Of a stretch of 22,895 bases of DNA, positions 8,638 to 18,745 are shown piece by piece. The notes below the pieces were generated by a model. That model was not told the DNA's origin. It made no database searches and saw nothing but the letters and a program-made list of their open reading frames with translations. Position 1 is the first letter of the stretch. Each line of letters begins with the position of its first letter. Source of the stretch: Candidatus Micrarchaeia archaeon (GTDB lineage: Archaea > Micrarchaeota > Micrarchaeia > Burarchaeales > JAVZCV01). A program made the translations under genes and the position numbers. The stretch is from NCBI GenBank assembly GCA_038874215.1, contig JAVZCV010000020.1:1-22895 (forward strand), read 5' to 3'.

Positions 8638-9756
8638 TCATGCGAGTATATCCAAATCCAACTCTTCGTTTTCCTCAAAAAGCTCTAATCCATACTGCGG
8701 CATCTTCGCTCCTGCTATCACCACAAGAACTTTCAGCCTGCTGCGTTCCATGTTCTCCTCTATTCTCGCACCCCATATTATGTGGGAGTCCTTCTGTATG
8801 CGAGCGGATACCTCTTTCACCATCAACTCTGCTTCTTTTATCGTCATATCAGGCCCGCCTATAACATTCACGAGTGCACGCGATGCACAGCTTATATCCA
8901 TATCAAGAAGGGGGCTGTTAAGCGCCATCTCTATTGCAACAAGCGCACGCTCACTCGTTTTAACATCAGGCAGTGCTTCCCCCATTCCTACCACAGCGCA
9001 TCCTGCATCTTTCAATACCGTCCTCAAATCGGCGAAGTCAAGGTTCACAAGGCCCGCCTTCGTAACCAATTCCACTATTCCCTTTACTGCGCTTGAAAGA
9101 ACTTCATCTGCAACCTTGAATGCCGTGTTGAGCGGCAGGTCTGGGACAATCGTAAGAAGTTTGTCATTAGGTATAACTATTACTGTATCCACATTCCCTT
9201 TCAACTTTGAAAGGCCCGCAAGGGCGTTTTTCATTCTCGTTCTGCCTTCAGATACAAAAGGTAAAGTAACAACCGCAACGGTGAGTATTCCCATACCCTT
9301 TGCTATCTGCCCTATAAGAGGCGCAGCACCCGTTCCAGTTCCGCCCCCGAGCCCACATGTAATGAATACGATTGACCCATCCTCTATAACTTTCCTTATT
9401 TCGCTTTCACTCTCCTTTGCCGCCTCCTCACCTATCCGCGGATCGCTCCCTGCACCAAGCCCCTTTGTAAGCTTCTTCCCAAGAAGTATCTTCTTATCCG
9501 CACGGATTTTCAGAAGGTGTTGCGCATCAGTATTCATTGCTATAAACGTCGCACCCGTTACGCCTATCTCCGTCATTCTGTTCAGCGTGTTGCACCCACT
9601 TCCACCAGCGCCTATCACATATATTTTGGGGCGAGAAGCTTCTATGAATTGCAGTATCTCCTCATCCTGCGAGCTCAACTCCTCTTTTTTTTCTGTTTTA
9701 GAGTCGAACAGTGCAAGGCTTTTTAGTATTTCTTCCTCTTTGTCTGTTTTCGCCAT
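8638..9756 (-). CDS. ftsZ: Cell division protein FtsZ (FtsZ1-type context)
   Basis: GAGGSGCN, NTDAQHL, GLGGGTGTG, NLDFAD; start ATG 9756 after GAAGGTG. Confidence 0.98.
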   Translation of the reverse strand: MAKTDKEEEILKSLALFDSKTEKKEELSSQDEEILQFIEASRPKIYVIGAGGSGCNTLNRMTEIGVTGATFIAMNTDAQHLLKIRADKKILLGKKLTKGLGAGSDPRIGEEAAKESESEIRKVIEDGSIVFITCGLGGGTGTGAAPLIGQIAKGMGILTVAVVTLPFVSEGRTRMKNALAGLSKLKGNVDTVIVIPNDKLLTIVPDLPLNTAFKVADEVLSSAVKGIVELVTKAGLVNLDFADLRTVLKDAGCAVVGMGEALPDVKTSERALVAIEMALNSPLLDMDISCASRALVNVIGGPDMTIKEAELMVKEVSARIQKDSHIIWGARIEENMERSRLKVLVVIAGAKMPQYGLELFEENEELDLDILA

Positions 9757-9900
9757 CACGGCACCTTCCCTATACCCAAACCACATACGCTACGCTATAT
9801 ATCGGGGTTTGCTTAATGAATTAATTAATAAGGTTTATATAATGCTCGTAGGTTTTTCAGCTCCACTTCTCCTTATATATATGCTCAACAATAAGAAATC

Positions 9901-9908
9901 ATTATAAA
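9901..9908 (+). promoter_or_regulatory. TATA box for the R15P isomerase gene (leaderless spacing)
   Basis: ATTATAAA 23-30 nt upstream of ATG 9931, with purine-rich AAGAAA just upstream; no SD. Confidence 0.5.
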
Positions 9909-9930
9909 TGTAAAAACCCATTTCTACCCT

Positions 9931-10872
9931 ATGCTCCCCCCCTACGTGAAGAAAACATGCGAGGATATAAAATCCCTAAAAATCCAGGGAGCGCGCGAGA
10001 TTGCCAAGGCAGCAGTTCGTGCAATAGTAGAACAGGCGGAGTTCTCAGATGCAAAAACCAACCAAGAGTTCATAGCCCATCTGATAGAGGCAGCAGATGC
10101 ACTTGCAGCCACAAGACCGACCGAACCCCTTTTGCGGAATGCGATGAGGGACGCCCTGCGCTTCATGTTCGCGCAGATAAAGAAGAGTAAAACCGACGAC
10201 GTAGCAACGCTTAAGAAGAAGATAAAGCAGGAGGCATCACGATATGAGGAGACTATGAGAAAAAACAAGGAGAAGATATCCGAGTATGGGGCAAAACTGC
10301 TCCCAAAAAAATGCACCCTACTGCTTCACTGCCACAGCACCACCGTTGTTGCGATAGTGAAGCGTGCTGATGAGATGGGCAAGGATATACGCGTAATATG
10401 CACCGAGACTCGCCCAAGGTTTCAGGGCAGGATGACTGCGCTTGAGCTCCGTGATGCAGGCTTTGACGTAACGCTTATCGTTGATTCTGCCGTAAAGGCA
10501 TTCATGAAAGAAATTGACTTTGTACTCGTGGGCGCAGACGCAATAACATCAACGGGAGAGCTCGTAAACAAAATAGGCACATACGGAATAGCGACGCTCG
10601 CATATTACGAGGATATACCTTTCTACTCGGCTGCAGAGACGCACAAGTTTGACCCGTTAACCCTATGGGGGAACGCAGAGGAGATAGAGGAGCGCGATCC
10701 ATCAGAAGTGGCAGACCCTAAGGAATTCAGGGGAATAAAGATAAGGAATCCTGCGTTTGATGTAACCCCTGCAAAGTATATAAGAGGATATATAACAGAA
10801 ATAGGCATCATTCCTGCACAGGGAATGCTTAATGCGGTTATTGATAAATTCGGTCTCAGGGAGCGGGACTGA
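9931..10872 (+). CDS. e2b2: Ribose-1,5-bisphosphate isomerase (eIF2B-like family, AMP/Rubisco pathway)
   Basis: IQGAREIA, TRPTEP, catalytic Cys in HCHS, ETRPRFQG, catalytic Asp in GADAI, NKIGT, NPAFDVTP; adjacent to AMP phosphorylase. Confidence 0.92.
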   Translation: MLPPYVKKTCEDIKSLKIQGAREIAKAAVRAIVEQAEFSDAKTNQEFIAHLIEAADALAATRPTEPLLRNAMRDALRFMFAQIKKSKTDDVATLKKKIKQEASRYEETMRKNKEKISEYGAKLLPKKCTLLLHCHSTTVVAIVKRADEMGKDIRVICTETRPRFQGRMTALELRDAGFDVTLIVDSAVKAFMKEIDFVLVGADAITSTGELVNKIGTYGIATLAYYEDIPFYSAAETHKFDPLTLWGNAEEIEERDPSEVADPKEFRGIKIRNPAFDVTPAKYIRGYITEIGIIPAQGMLNAVIDKFGLRERD

Positions 10873-10920
10873 CTGATGTTTTAAAATAAAATAATAAACG
10901 GCGCATGCTGGGTGGAATTC

Positions 10921-12480
10921 ATGAAAATAGGAAGAAACGCAAAAACAGTTATGAAAGCAAGATATCTTGATATAGAAGCCGGAGCCAACATAGTACTTTT
11001 AAACGAAGCCGATGCAAACGCGCTTGGCTACATGGTATCTGATAGGGTAAAACTTACGCGGGAAAACAAAAGCGAAATCGCAATAGTTGATACGAGCAGT
11101 AGTATGGTAAAGAAGGGCGAGATAGGCCTATTTGCTGGAATTGCAAAAAAACTCGGGGCAAAAACTGGCGAAGAAATTTTAATAGAGCTTTCAATACCCC
11201 CCCACTCTGTTGAGTACATAAAAAGAAAGATGGCGGGCGGAACTCTGAATAAGCAGGAAATAGACACCATAATAAGCGAGATGATGGAGGGAAAACTAAG
11301 CGATATAGAGCTTGCTGCATTCGTCACCTCCGTTTATATACGAGGTCTAAGCGATGATGAGATAGCGGCACTTACAACATCAATAGTGTGCTCTGGCGGC
11401 GTTCTTGACCTCGGCAAGCACCCCGTAGCCGATAAACATTGTATTGGTGGTGTAGCGGGAAATAGAACAACGATGCTCATCGTTCCCATCGTTGCTGCCG
11501 CCGGGATTTACATACCGAAAACCTCATCTCGCTCAATAACATCGGCATCGGGAACAGCGGATACTATGGAAGTTTTGGCAGACGTAAACTTTTCGCTTGA
11601 AGAGATGCGGGAAATAGTGCTAAAAACGAACGGCTGCATAGTCTGGGGAGGAGCGATGAACCTTGCCGCTGCGGACGATAAGCTGATACGCATTCGTTAT
11701 CCTCTGCGGCTTGACCCACGCGGCCTTCTCCTCGCCAGCATACTCGCGAAGAAAAAGTCTGTAAATGCGGAATATGTGGTAATGGACGTGCCTGTCGGAA
11801 AGGGTACGAAAATAGAACTCGTTTCAGATGCCAACGCTCTCGCAAGGGATTTCATAGAGATAGGCAAAAAGCTCGGGATGAAGGTTGATGTTTTTATAAC
11901 AGACGGCACGGACCCAGTCGGCAGAGGGATAGGCCCCGCACTTGAATGCATAGATGTTTTGAATGCACTCCAAGGCAATGGTCCCCATGACCTCGTTGAG
12001 AAAAGCTGCCAGCTTGCGGGGGCTTTGCTTGAGATGTGTGGGAAGGTTGAAGCGGGAAAGGGCAGAAATGTTGCGTTTGAAATCTTGAAATCGGGCAAAG
12101 CATTGAAAAAAATGCAGGAGATAATAGAGGCGCAGGGAGGAGACCCAAAAATAAAGCCAGAAGATATCCCGATTGGAAAATACAGATATGTTGTTGAATC
12201 AGAGACCTCCGATAGAATAAGGCATGTTGACAACATCGCAATATCCAGAATAGCACGAGCAGCGGGAGCGCCGAAAGAAAAAGGGGCAGGCATAAAGCTG
12301 CACTGCGAACAGGGAGATAGGGTTGAAAAGGGAGACAAGCTTTTTGAGATATTCGCAGAAAGCGAGGTGAGGCTTGACGCCGCTCTGAAAGTGCTTGAAG
12401 AGACGCGAGTTATAGAGTTCCAGCGCGTCGTTCTTGGCAAGGTTGGAAGCACATACACGTTTGAAGAATTCTATGATTGA
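10921..12480 (+). CDS. deoA: AMP phosphorylase (NMP phosphorylase, thymidine phosphorylase family)
   Basis: Extra N-terminal domain (MKARYLDI...DRVKL), DKHCIGGVAGN, KTSSRSITSASGTAD, ADDKLIRI, ARAAGAP. Start 10921 follows GGTGG; 10912 and 10951 are alternatives. Confidence 0.95.
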   Translation: MKIGRNAKTVMKARYLDIEAGANIVLLNEADANALGYMVSDRVKLTRENKSEIAIVDTSSSMVKKGEIGLFAGIAKKLGAKTGEEILIELSIPPHSVEYIKRKMAGGTLNKQEIDTIISEMMEGKLSDIELAAFVTSVYIRGLSDDEIAALTTSIVCSGGVLDLGKHPVADKHCIGGVAGNRTTMLIVPIVAAAGIYIPKTSSRSITSASGTADTMEVLADVNFSLEEMREIVLKTNGCIVWGGAMNLAAADDKLIRIRYPLRLDPRGLLLASILAKKKSVNAEYVVMDVPVGKGTKIELVSDANALARDFIEIGKKLGMKVDVFITDGTDPVGRGIGPALECIDVLNALQGNGPHDLVEKSCQLAGALLEMCGKVEAGKGRNVAFEILKSGKALKKMQEIIEAQGGDPKIKPEDIPIGKYRYVVESETSDRIRHVDNIAISRIARAAGAPKEKGAGIKLHCEQGDRVEKGDKLFEIFAESEVRLDAALKVLEETRVIEFQRVVLGKVGSTYTFEEFYD

Positions 12481-12545
12481 GGCTGCGTAAGAGGTAAGCG
12501 AGTGGTGGTGGAATAATTATAAAATAAAGCTCCCTAACTGATTTC

Positions 12546-13076
12546 ATGACCGAGGAAGCAGAATACGAGAATCTCAGCTGGGATGAGATAGTTAGCATGT
12601 GCCGACATCTTGCTTTTGAAATATGGAGAGGCTTCGCTCCCGATGTGATAGTGGCCATCTCACGAGGTGGACTAATCCCAGCCCGCATTCTTGCAGATTT
12701 TCTTGGCATAAAGAGAATCTATGTGATGGGCATTGAATTCTATGAAGAGCCCGGGAGGCATGGGAAAAAGCCGCGCATCACGCAGCAAATCCCGAAAAAG
12801 CTTGTAAAAAGAAAAAAAGTCCTGCTTGTTGATGACATCTCGGATACGGGCGAGAGCCTTAAAGCTGCAAGAAAGCAATTAAAGGGCGCACTCCGTGTTA
12901 AAACGGCAACGCTCAGCTTCAAACCAAAATCAAAATATAGGCCAGATTTCTTTGTGCAGACTACTACGAAATGGGTTGTTTATCCATGGGAAAAAGAAGA
13001 AACATACAAAGGGGGAGAAATAGATAAAATGCTCAAGGAAACCGAATTTGAGTTATCGGAATATAAAGGCGCATAG
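12546..13076 (+). CDS. Type I phosphoribosyltransferase (purine salvage, Gpt/HPRT-like)
   Basis: AISRGGLIPA, PRPP-binding loop VLLVDDISDTGESL, WVVYPWE; TTATAAAA at 12517-12524. Confidence 0.9.
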   Translation: MTEEAEYENLSWDEIVSMCRHLAFEIWRGFAPDVIVAISRGGLIPARILADFLGIKRIYVMGIEFYEEPGRHGKKPRITQQIPKKLVKRKKVLLVDDISDTGESLKAARKQLKGALRVKTATLSFKPKSKYRPDFFVQTTTKWVVYPWEKEETYKGGEIDKMLKETEFELSEYKGA

Positions 13077-13088
13077 GAGGGAATTAAT

Positions 13089-14147
13089 ATGAAAAAGTAC
13101 AGAATAGCATCAATCCCAGGAGATGGCATCGGACCCGAAGTACTTAGAGAAGGAAAAAAAGTGCTTGAAGCTGCGGCGAGAGGTTTCAGCATAGAGTGGG
13201 TTGAATACTCTTTTGGCGGCGAGCACTACATGAAAACGGGCGAAATTCTCCCAGATGATGCAATAGAGGAGATGAGAAAGCTTGATGCCATCTATCTAGG
13301 TGCGGTTGGCCATCCGGATGTTCAGACCGGCATTCTTGAAAAAGGGCTACTGCTAAAACTTAGGTTTGAGCTTGACCAATACATAAACCTCAGGCCAGTC
13401 AAACTGTATGAAGGCGTGCCCTGCCCACTTGTTGGCAAAGGGCCAAAAGACGTAAACTTCTATGTCGTCCGCGAGAATACGGAGGATTTCTATGTAGGAA
13501 TAGGCGGAAACTTCAAAAAGGGCACAAGAGACGAGGTTGCAATGCAGATAGGCATAACAACATGGAAGGGATGCGAGAGAGTTATACGCTATGCATTTGA
13601 GCTTGCAAAGAAGAAGAGAATGAAGCGCGTAACGAGCGTTGATAAGGCAAACGTCCTTACAAACGTTTATGATTTATGGAGGCGCGTTTTCACCGAGGTT
13701 GCCCGCGATTACCCAAGAATTGAAACAGAATTCTCTTTCGTGGATGCCATAACGCAGTGGTTCGTAAGAAAACCAGAGTGGTATCAGGTTGTCGTTACGC
13801 CGAATATGTTTGGCGATATAATAACAGACTTGGCTGCCGCTATACAGGGAGGCATGGGCATGGCGCCAGGCGCAAACATAAACCCAAAAGGAGTCTCAAT
13901 GTTTGAGCCCATACACGGCAGCGCGCCAAAGCATGCTGGCAAAAACGTGGCAAACCCAATGGCGTGCATCCTTGCTGGTGCGCTTATGCTTGAAACTCTC
14001 GGGGAAGAGAAGGCTGCGGTCAGGGTGGAGAGAGCCGTTGAAAAGGTTCTCGCTGCTGGCAAAGTCAGGACCTATGACATCGGCGGAAAATCCAAAACAT
14101 CGGAGGTTGGAGACGCAATTGCAAAAGCCGCAGAGGAGATGAGATGA
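13089..14147 (+). CDS. leuB: 3-isopropylmalate dehydrogenase / beta-decarboxylating dehydrogenase (LeuB/tartrate DH family)
   Basis: [67 protein letters not shown]. Family certain, substrate less so. Confidence 0.8.
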   Translation: MKKYRIASIPGDGIGPEVLREGKKVLEAAARGFSIEWVEYSFGGEHYMKTGEILPDDAIEEMRKLDAIYLGAVGHPDVQTGILEKGLLLKLRFELDQYINLRPVKLYEGVPCPLVGKGPKDVNFYVVRENTEDFYVGIGGNFKKGTRDEVAMQIGITTWKGCERVIRYAFELAKKKRMKRVTSVDKANVLTNVYDLWRRVFTEVARDYPRIETEFSFVDAITQWFVRKPEWYQVVVTPNMFGDIITDLAAAIQGGMGMAPGANINPKGVSMFEPIHGSAPKHAGKNVANPMACILAGALMLETLGEEKAAVRVERAVEKVLAAGKVRTYDIGGKSKTSEVGDAIAKAAEEMR

Positions 14148-15709
14148 AAAACCTGCTTAGGGACAGGTTCATAATCCTCCTGCTCTCCTTTATAGTGCTT
14201 ACCTTAACGCTGGTTTTTGAGAATGCAAAGCTCCAGAATTTAGCCTTATTTTTCATTCCCCTCGCTGGTTTGCTCGCGCTATGGGCAAAGTTCACGCACG
14301 GCGATGTACGGCGCTCTGTGATATACATAATAACAGGAATATCCTGCTTTATTGCAATCGCTGACTTATTCAGGGGTTCGCTGTATGCCCAAATCTCGTT
14401 CATCCCCTTCCTCGCCTTTGCCATCGTAAATGCCATAGCCGCGCTCCTTGTTTACAGCGATTCCTACAAATCAGGAGCTGTTTTTGTTGTATCATCTCTT
14501 ATCGCGTTTCTGATTGCGTGGGGCCCGTCAGACTTTGGAAGCATAGACGCCTTCCTTCTCTCAATCGCTCTCTTTGCGCTTTCCTCCTATTCATTCGCGC
14601 ATATGGTCTCTAATGCCGAAGATATACGGGACGCTCTTCTCGGAATTATAAAAGCCTGCATAATTGCGGCAATACTCGTAAGCGTTGTTTTTTCAATAAA
14701 GGCGTATAAGGCAGGCATAACAGACCAGAAGAAGCTCATGACGCTTTTCTTGGATGTGGCATGGTATTCCGTCGTATCCAATTTTTTTGTCATAATGATC
14801 TTCATAATACTCTTTGAGATGTTCGTTCTTGGGCTTGACTACAGGCGTGTGTTTGAGGATGGGAAAGTGGTGTTCGCACCCATTAGAGAAGAAGATGAGA
14901 AACCAGAAGAGAGAGAGGAGGAAGAGAAAGACCCATATATACCTCTAATAAAGGAGATGCGGATTTTTAAAGAGAGTCTCGGGAAGGTTGATACTATTGA
15001 GCTGACAGATACGATAGGCAGATTCGCCGAAGAGCTTTCTTTCCTTGCAGCCCAGCACGACACCCCGAAACGCCAAGAAGCAGAGAGACTTCTCGAGGAG
15101 ATAAGGCGGGCTGGCACAAAGGCACAGGCTGAAAAAATGAAGCCATTCAGCCTGCCAGAAAGCGAAAAGATATCCACAATACTCGTTTTCGGGCCCATGC
15201 ACAGCATGAAAAAAGAGTTTTGCTATGGCTTGCTAAAAACAGAGCTTGAAAAGGGAAACAAAGTCGGAATAATAACACGCGACAGGAAAGAGCAGGAATA
15301 CTGGTTCAAAAAACATTTGCAAAAAAATCTTCTTGAAAACCTCATATTCATAGAAGTGCGCGAAAACCTAACAGAGGCTGGCGTAGGTATATCCAAATCT
15401 ATAGAAAAATGGGTAAAACTGGTGTATTTCTCTCTTCTTCCCACCCTTCTCTTAAAGGAGAAGTTTGAGAACGTAATTGATTTTGTCAGCTTCAACACGG
15501 AAAAATTGAAGAAGGCGGGCGTGAGGGGGATTTTCCTGGTTGAGTCCGAGAGCATAAGCGCAATAAACCTCTCCTCGCTTGAGCTCCTCTTTGATTGCGT
15601 TCTTGAGATGAAAATGCCAGAAGGCGAAAGTACACCATGGATAATGGTTAGAAATATCGTGGGCGCACCCGCAGACACGACATGGAAGCGTGTTGACGTT
15701 CTGAAATGA
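14144..15709 (+). CDS. Polytopic membrane protein fused to a degenerate KaiC/RAD55-like (RecA-fold) domain
   Basis: About 7 hydrophobic segments in aa 1-230, an acidic linker and helical region, then [35 protein letters not shown] and IMVRNIVG. These match the KaiC/RAD55 layout with eroded catalytic residues. ATGA overlap with leuB. Confidence 0.7.
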   Translation: MKNLLRDRFIILLLSFIVLTLTLVFENAKLQNLALFFIPLAGLLALWAKFTHGDVRRSVIYIITGISCFIAIADLFRGSLYAQISFIPFLAFAIVNAIAALLVYSDSYKSGAVFVVSSLIAFLIAWGPSDFGSIDAFLLSIALFALSSYSFAHMVSNAEDIRDALLGIIKACIIAAILVSVVFSIKAYKAGITDQKKLMTLFLDVAWYSVVSNFFVIMIFIILFEMFVLGLDYRRVFEDGKVVFAPIREEDEKPEEREEEEKDPYIPLIKEMRIFKESLGKVDTIELTDTIGRFAEELSFLAAQHDTPKRQEAERLLEEIRRAGTKAQAEKMKPFSLPESEKISTILVFGPMHSMKKEFCYGLLKTELEKGNKVGIITRDRKEQEYWFKKHLQKNLLENLIFIEVRENLTEAGVGISKSIEKWVKLVYFSLLPTLLLKEKFENVIDFVSFNTEKLKKAGVRGIFLVESESISAINLSSLELLFDCVLEMKMPEGESTPWIMVRNIVGAPADTTWKRVDVLK

Positions 15710-15728
15710 AAAGCGAAGGAATCAGCTC

Positions 15729-17870
15729 TCAGCTTTCTCTTCGGCTTGCAAGCACGATGATAAGCGCAGGGAATATTACAAATGCAGAAGCGCAACTGCC
15801 TGCCTCTCCTTCCTCCTCCCGTGGGTTTATCTTTATTCTCGCACCCGTTCTCACGGGCACATCCACAATTTCGCGCCGCGAGTAAACATTCCCAAAGTCA
15901 TCATTCCATCTTATAATCACTTCATAGCTTCCAGCTGGCAAGACTAAATCAACAGCATTTGCAACGGGTTCCACCATTCTCCCGTTTATCGTTATCGTTA
16001 TGTTTTCTGCCTTCCCCTCAGAAACAACGCCAAGAAAAACAGCCGTATGCGTAGTATTAAGGAAATTATACTTCGGAGAAATGCTCACATTCGGTTTTCT
16101 CTCAATCGTTATATCACGGAAAATGCGTTTCTCAAAACCTCTATCCGACTTTATAACGATGCTTATGTTTTCCACTCCTGCTCTTTCGGCTGGTATGAAG
16201 AATAGAAACGTGTAATTACCGCACACGGCTGCACTCTGCGAAATATTCAGCCCGCCAAATTCAACAATAGCCCACATGTTATCGGCGCTGTACCCGTCGT
16301 TCTCAACCGAAATAGAAATATTTATCAGGCTCCCAACGAGCGCACGCTCAACGACCTCTACTTCTCCAACTCGTATAGTCGCGTTTCGCACAACATCAAA
16401 AAACAGCTCTAACGCCCCCCCATCGTTTGAATAAACAATAACGCTGTTTCTGCCTAGCTTCGTAGGTGAAAATACAAATTTCCCAAAACCTTTTGAGTGT
16501 ATCGGCACAGAACCGGCAGCCGTTTCGTATATAAAGCCGATTCGCGGGTCCGAAACAGTTATCTTTGGTACGGATTCAACACGGTAGTATATCGTCTGGT
16601 TTTTCCCAATAGCAACCTGCGAATCTTCCAACCATGCGGAGAACTTTAATCCTTCTCTCGCGTTAGGATTTATTGAAATATTCGTATCTCCCCCATATTC
16701 TCCGCTATCAGAATTAACAACGATTCCCGAAGTGTAGATGTAATAGCGCGCAAGCGACGCGTTTGAACGAACAACCCATGCCACATACTTGGTTTCGTTC
16801 GGCCTAAAAACAATAAACTTTTCTTTTTCCGAAACCGGCGTTAAAAATCCTCCCCAGTAATCAATAGTAAAGGTCTCCACTCTATAATCCGAAGGTTTCA
16901 ATTCAAAGAAAACAACAGCGCTTTCCCCCAACCCTATCTCGCTTCTTGTAAGCCGAGGTTCAACATTCTGCTTCTCCCTCACTTTAACTTCGCTCACTGC
17001 GATAGTTGGCTTGGAATCGCCAGTATATTCAAACTCAAGCGAACCGCCCGAAGTTATAAACGCCATTGCGCTACTACTAGCCCCAGCACAGGGTGATTTG
17101 CTCAACTCTATATGTGTTGCATCAAGGTTTCCAACCTCCATCCACAGAGGGTCTACGGGAATCCAATCGCCTACGTATGCCTCAGCCCACGCATGCCCTA
17201 CCCATTCCCCATAATCTGGCGCATATCCTGCTATTATACGAACGGGTATGCCTACTGAACGCGCAAGTGCTGCAAAAAGCGTTGCGTACTCAATACAAAC
17301 TCCGCGCCTGTTTTTCAAAACCCATAGCGCATCCTTATTCTCGCCAACCATGCTTAAATCGTATTTTACATTCCGCTTTACCCATCTTGAGATAAGCGCA
17401 ACCTTCTCAAAATCATCAGTTGCATTTTCCGTTATTCCTCGTGCAGTCTCCATAATCAGCGCATCATTGCTTTGTATCCTTCCGCATGGAGCGAGATACG
17501 GTTCTTTTCCTTCTTTGCTGTACATTTTTGGCAGATAGAATGTCATCCTCTCGCGGGTTATAACCTCATTCATCACGGAAAAGAGATATGGGTTGTTTGG
17601 CCTCATCTCGGCTATATGTGCGTACTTATTCCCATACGCATCCTCTACCTTTTCGCCCAAATATGATGAAATCTGGTATGGTGTATTTTGCGGTATAGTC
17701 AGATTTATTTCAAGCTGGCTCATAGAACCGCCCCTTACATAAACCCTTCCTTCCCCAAGGATTTTGGTTTTCAGCTCATAAACAAGCGTTGAATCCTCTA
17801 TGTCCCCAGCATGCGCCGAGGTTGCGACTAACAGAAAGGCACAAATGCAAAGGGCATATCTCACTCGCAT
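15729..17870 (-). CDS. Secreted transglutaminase-like (Cys-His-Asp) protein with beta-rich Ig-like domains and a C-terminal anchor
   Basis: Signal peptide ending [42 protein letters not shown]-terminus [23 protein letters not shown]. Confidence 0.88.
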   Translation of the reverse strand: MRVRYALCICAFLLVATSAHAGDIEDSTLVYELKTKILGEGRVYVRGGSMSQLEINLTIPQNTPYQISSYLGEKVEDAYGNKYAHIAEMRPNNPYLFSVMNEVITRERMTFYLPKMYSKEGKEPYLAPCGRIQSNDALIMETARGITENATDDFEKVALISRWVKRNVKYDLSMVGENKDALWVLKNRRGVCIEYATLFAALARSVGIPVRIIAGYAPDYGEWVGHAWAEAYVGDWIPVDPLWMEVGNLDATHIELSKSPCAGASSSAMAFITSGGSLEFEYTGDSKPTIAVSEVKVREKQNVEPRLTRSEIGLGESAVVFFELKPSDYRVETFTIDYWGGFLTPVSEKEKFIVFRPNETKYVAWVVRSNASLARYYIYTSGIVVNSDSGEYGGDTNISINPNAREGLKFSAWLEDSQVAIGKNQTIYYRVESVPKITVSDPRIGFIYETAAGSVPIHSKGFGKFVFSPTKLGRNSVIVYSNDGGALELFFDVVRNATIRVGEVEVVERALVGSLINISISVENDGYSADNMWAIVEFGGLNISQSAAVCGNYTFLFFIPAERAGVENISIVIKSDRGFEKRIFRDITIERKPNVSISPKYNFLNTTHTAVFLGVVSEGKAENITITINGRMVEPVANAVDLVLPAGSYEVIIRWNDDFGNVYSRREIVDVPVRTGARIKINPREEEGEAGSCASAFVIFPALIIVLASRRES

Positions 17871-17947
17871 CTACGCATTATCTCAAACTTTTAATAAAAA
17901 ATTATCAGGCAAAAAAACAAAAAAACACCACGCCTATAAACTCACAT

Positions 17948-18745
17948 ATGCGCACCATTTTCACTATCCTATTCCTCCTTTTCCTGCTTCTTTTTTTATC
18001 ATTCATATTCATAAATCTTCAACGAAAACCCGAAGACAAAAATGCGCCATCCATTATACCACCCGCAGAATCGGCTTTTCAGGAAACAGAGGAACAAAAA
18101 AGCGCAAGAGTGAGAATGGTAAACGAGCAGATAATCGGGAGAGGGGTGAGAGACAGCAGAGTTATCTCGGCGATGCGCACGGTACTACGCCACGAGTTTG
18201 TGCCCGATAATTTAAGAGGGGAGGCATACAATGATTATCCCCTCCCGATAGGGGAAGGACAGACCATTTCCCAGCCCTACATAGTTGCGCTCATGACTGA
18301 AAAGCTTCAACTCAACGGCAGTGAGCGCGTGTTGGAGATAGGCACGGGTTCAGGATACCAAGCAGCAATACTTTCCGAAATAGTCGGTGCAGAAAACGTT
18401 TTTACAATAGAGATAATCGGGCCGCTTGCAAGAAGGGCAAATGCAACCCTCAATAGACTCGGCTATGGGAAGGTGCATGTTAAAAATGCGGACGGATATT
18501 TTGGCTGGGAAGAATATGCACCGTTTGATGCAGTAATGATAACCGCTGCTGTTGACCATATTCCCCCACCGCTCATAGCACAACTTGCAGATGGTGGCAG
18601 GCTCATACTCCCGCTCGGAAGCACGCGGTACTACCAGACGCTGACGCTCGTGAAGAAAGAGGGCGGTGAGATAAGAACCGAATACATAACAGATGTTCGC
18701 TTCGTTCCTATGACGGGAGAGGCTTTGAGAAGAAGCGGTGGATGA
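17948..18745 (+). CDS. pcm: Protein-L-isoaspartate O-methyltransferase with an N-terminal membrane anchor/signal
   Basis: [68 protein letters not shown]. Start ATG 17948 avoids overlap with the divergent gene and gives a hydrophobic N-terminus. Confidence 0.95.
   Translation: MRTIFTILFLLFLLLFLSFIFINLQRKPEDKNAPSIIPPAESAFQETEEQKSARVRMVNEQIIGRGVRDSRVISAMRTVLRHEFVPDNLRGEAYNDYPLPIGEGQTISQPYIVALMTEKLQLNGSERVLEIGTGSGYQAAILSEIVGAENVFTIEIIGPLARRANATLNRLGYGKVHVKNADGYFGWEEYAPFDAVMITAAVDHIPPPLIAQLADGGRLILPLGSTRYYQTLTLVKKEGGEIRTEYITDVRFVPMTGEALRRSGG

Noticed and set aside
8558-9907. 449-aa plus-strand ORF
   Set aside because: Antisense shadow of ftsZ with no recognisable motifs and Ser/Ile/Thr-rich composition typical of reverse-frame translation.
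9931-10872. Annotation as translation factor eIF-2B subunit or methylthioribose-1-phosphate isomerase
   Set aside because: HCHS and RPTEP motifs plus adjacency to AMP phosphorylase favour R15P isomerase.
10905-10970. 21-codon out-of-frame upstream ORF over the AMP phosphorylase start
   Set aside because: Short enough to arise by chance; no supporting signal.
17789-17947. Longer 318-aa version of pcm
   Set aside because: It would overlap the start and promoter of the divergent transglutaminase gene; ATG 17948 gives a clean signal-like N-terminus.
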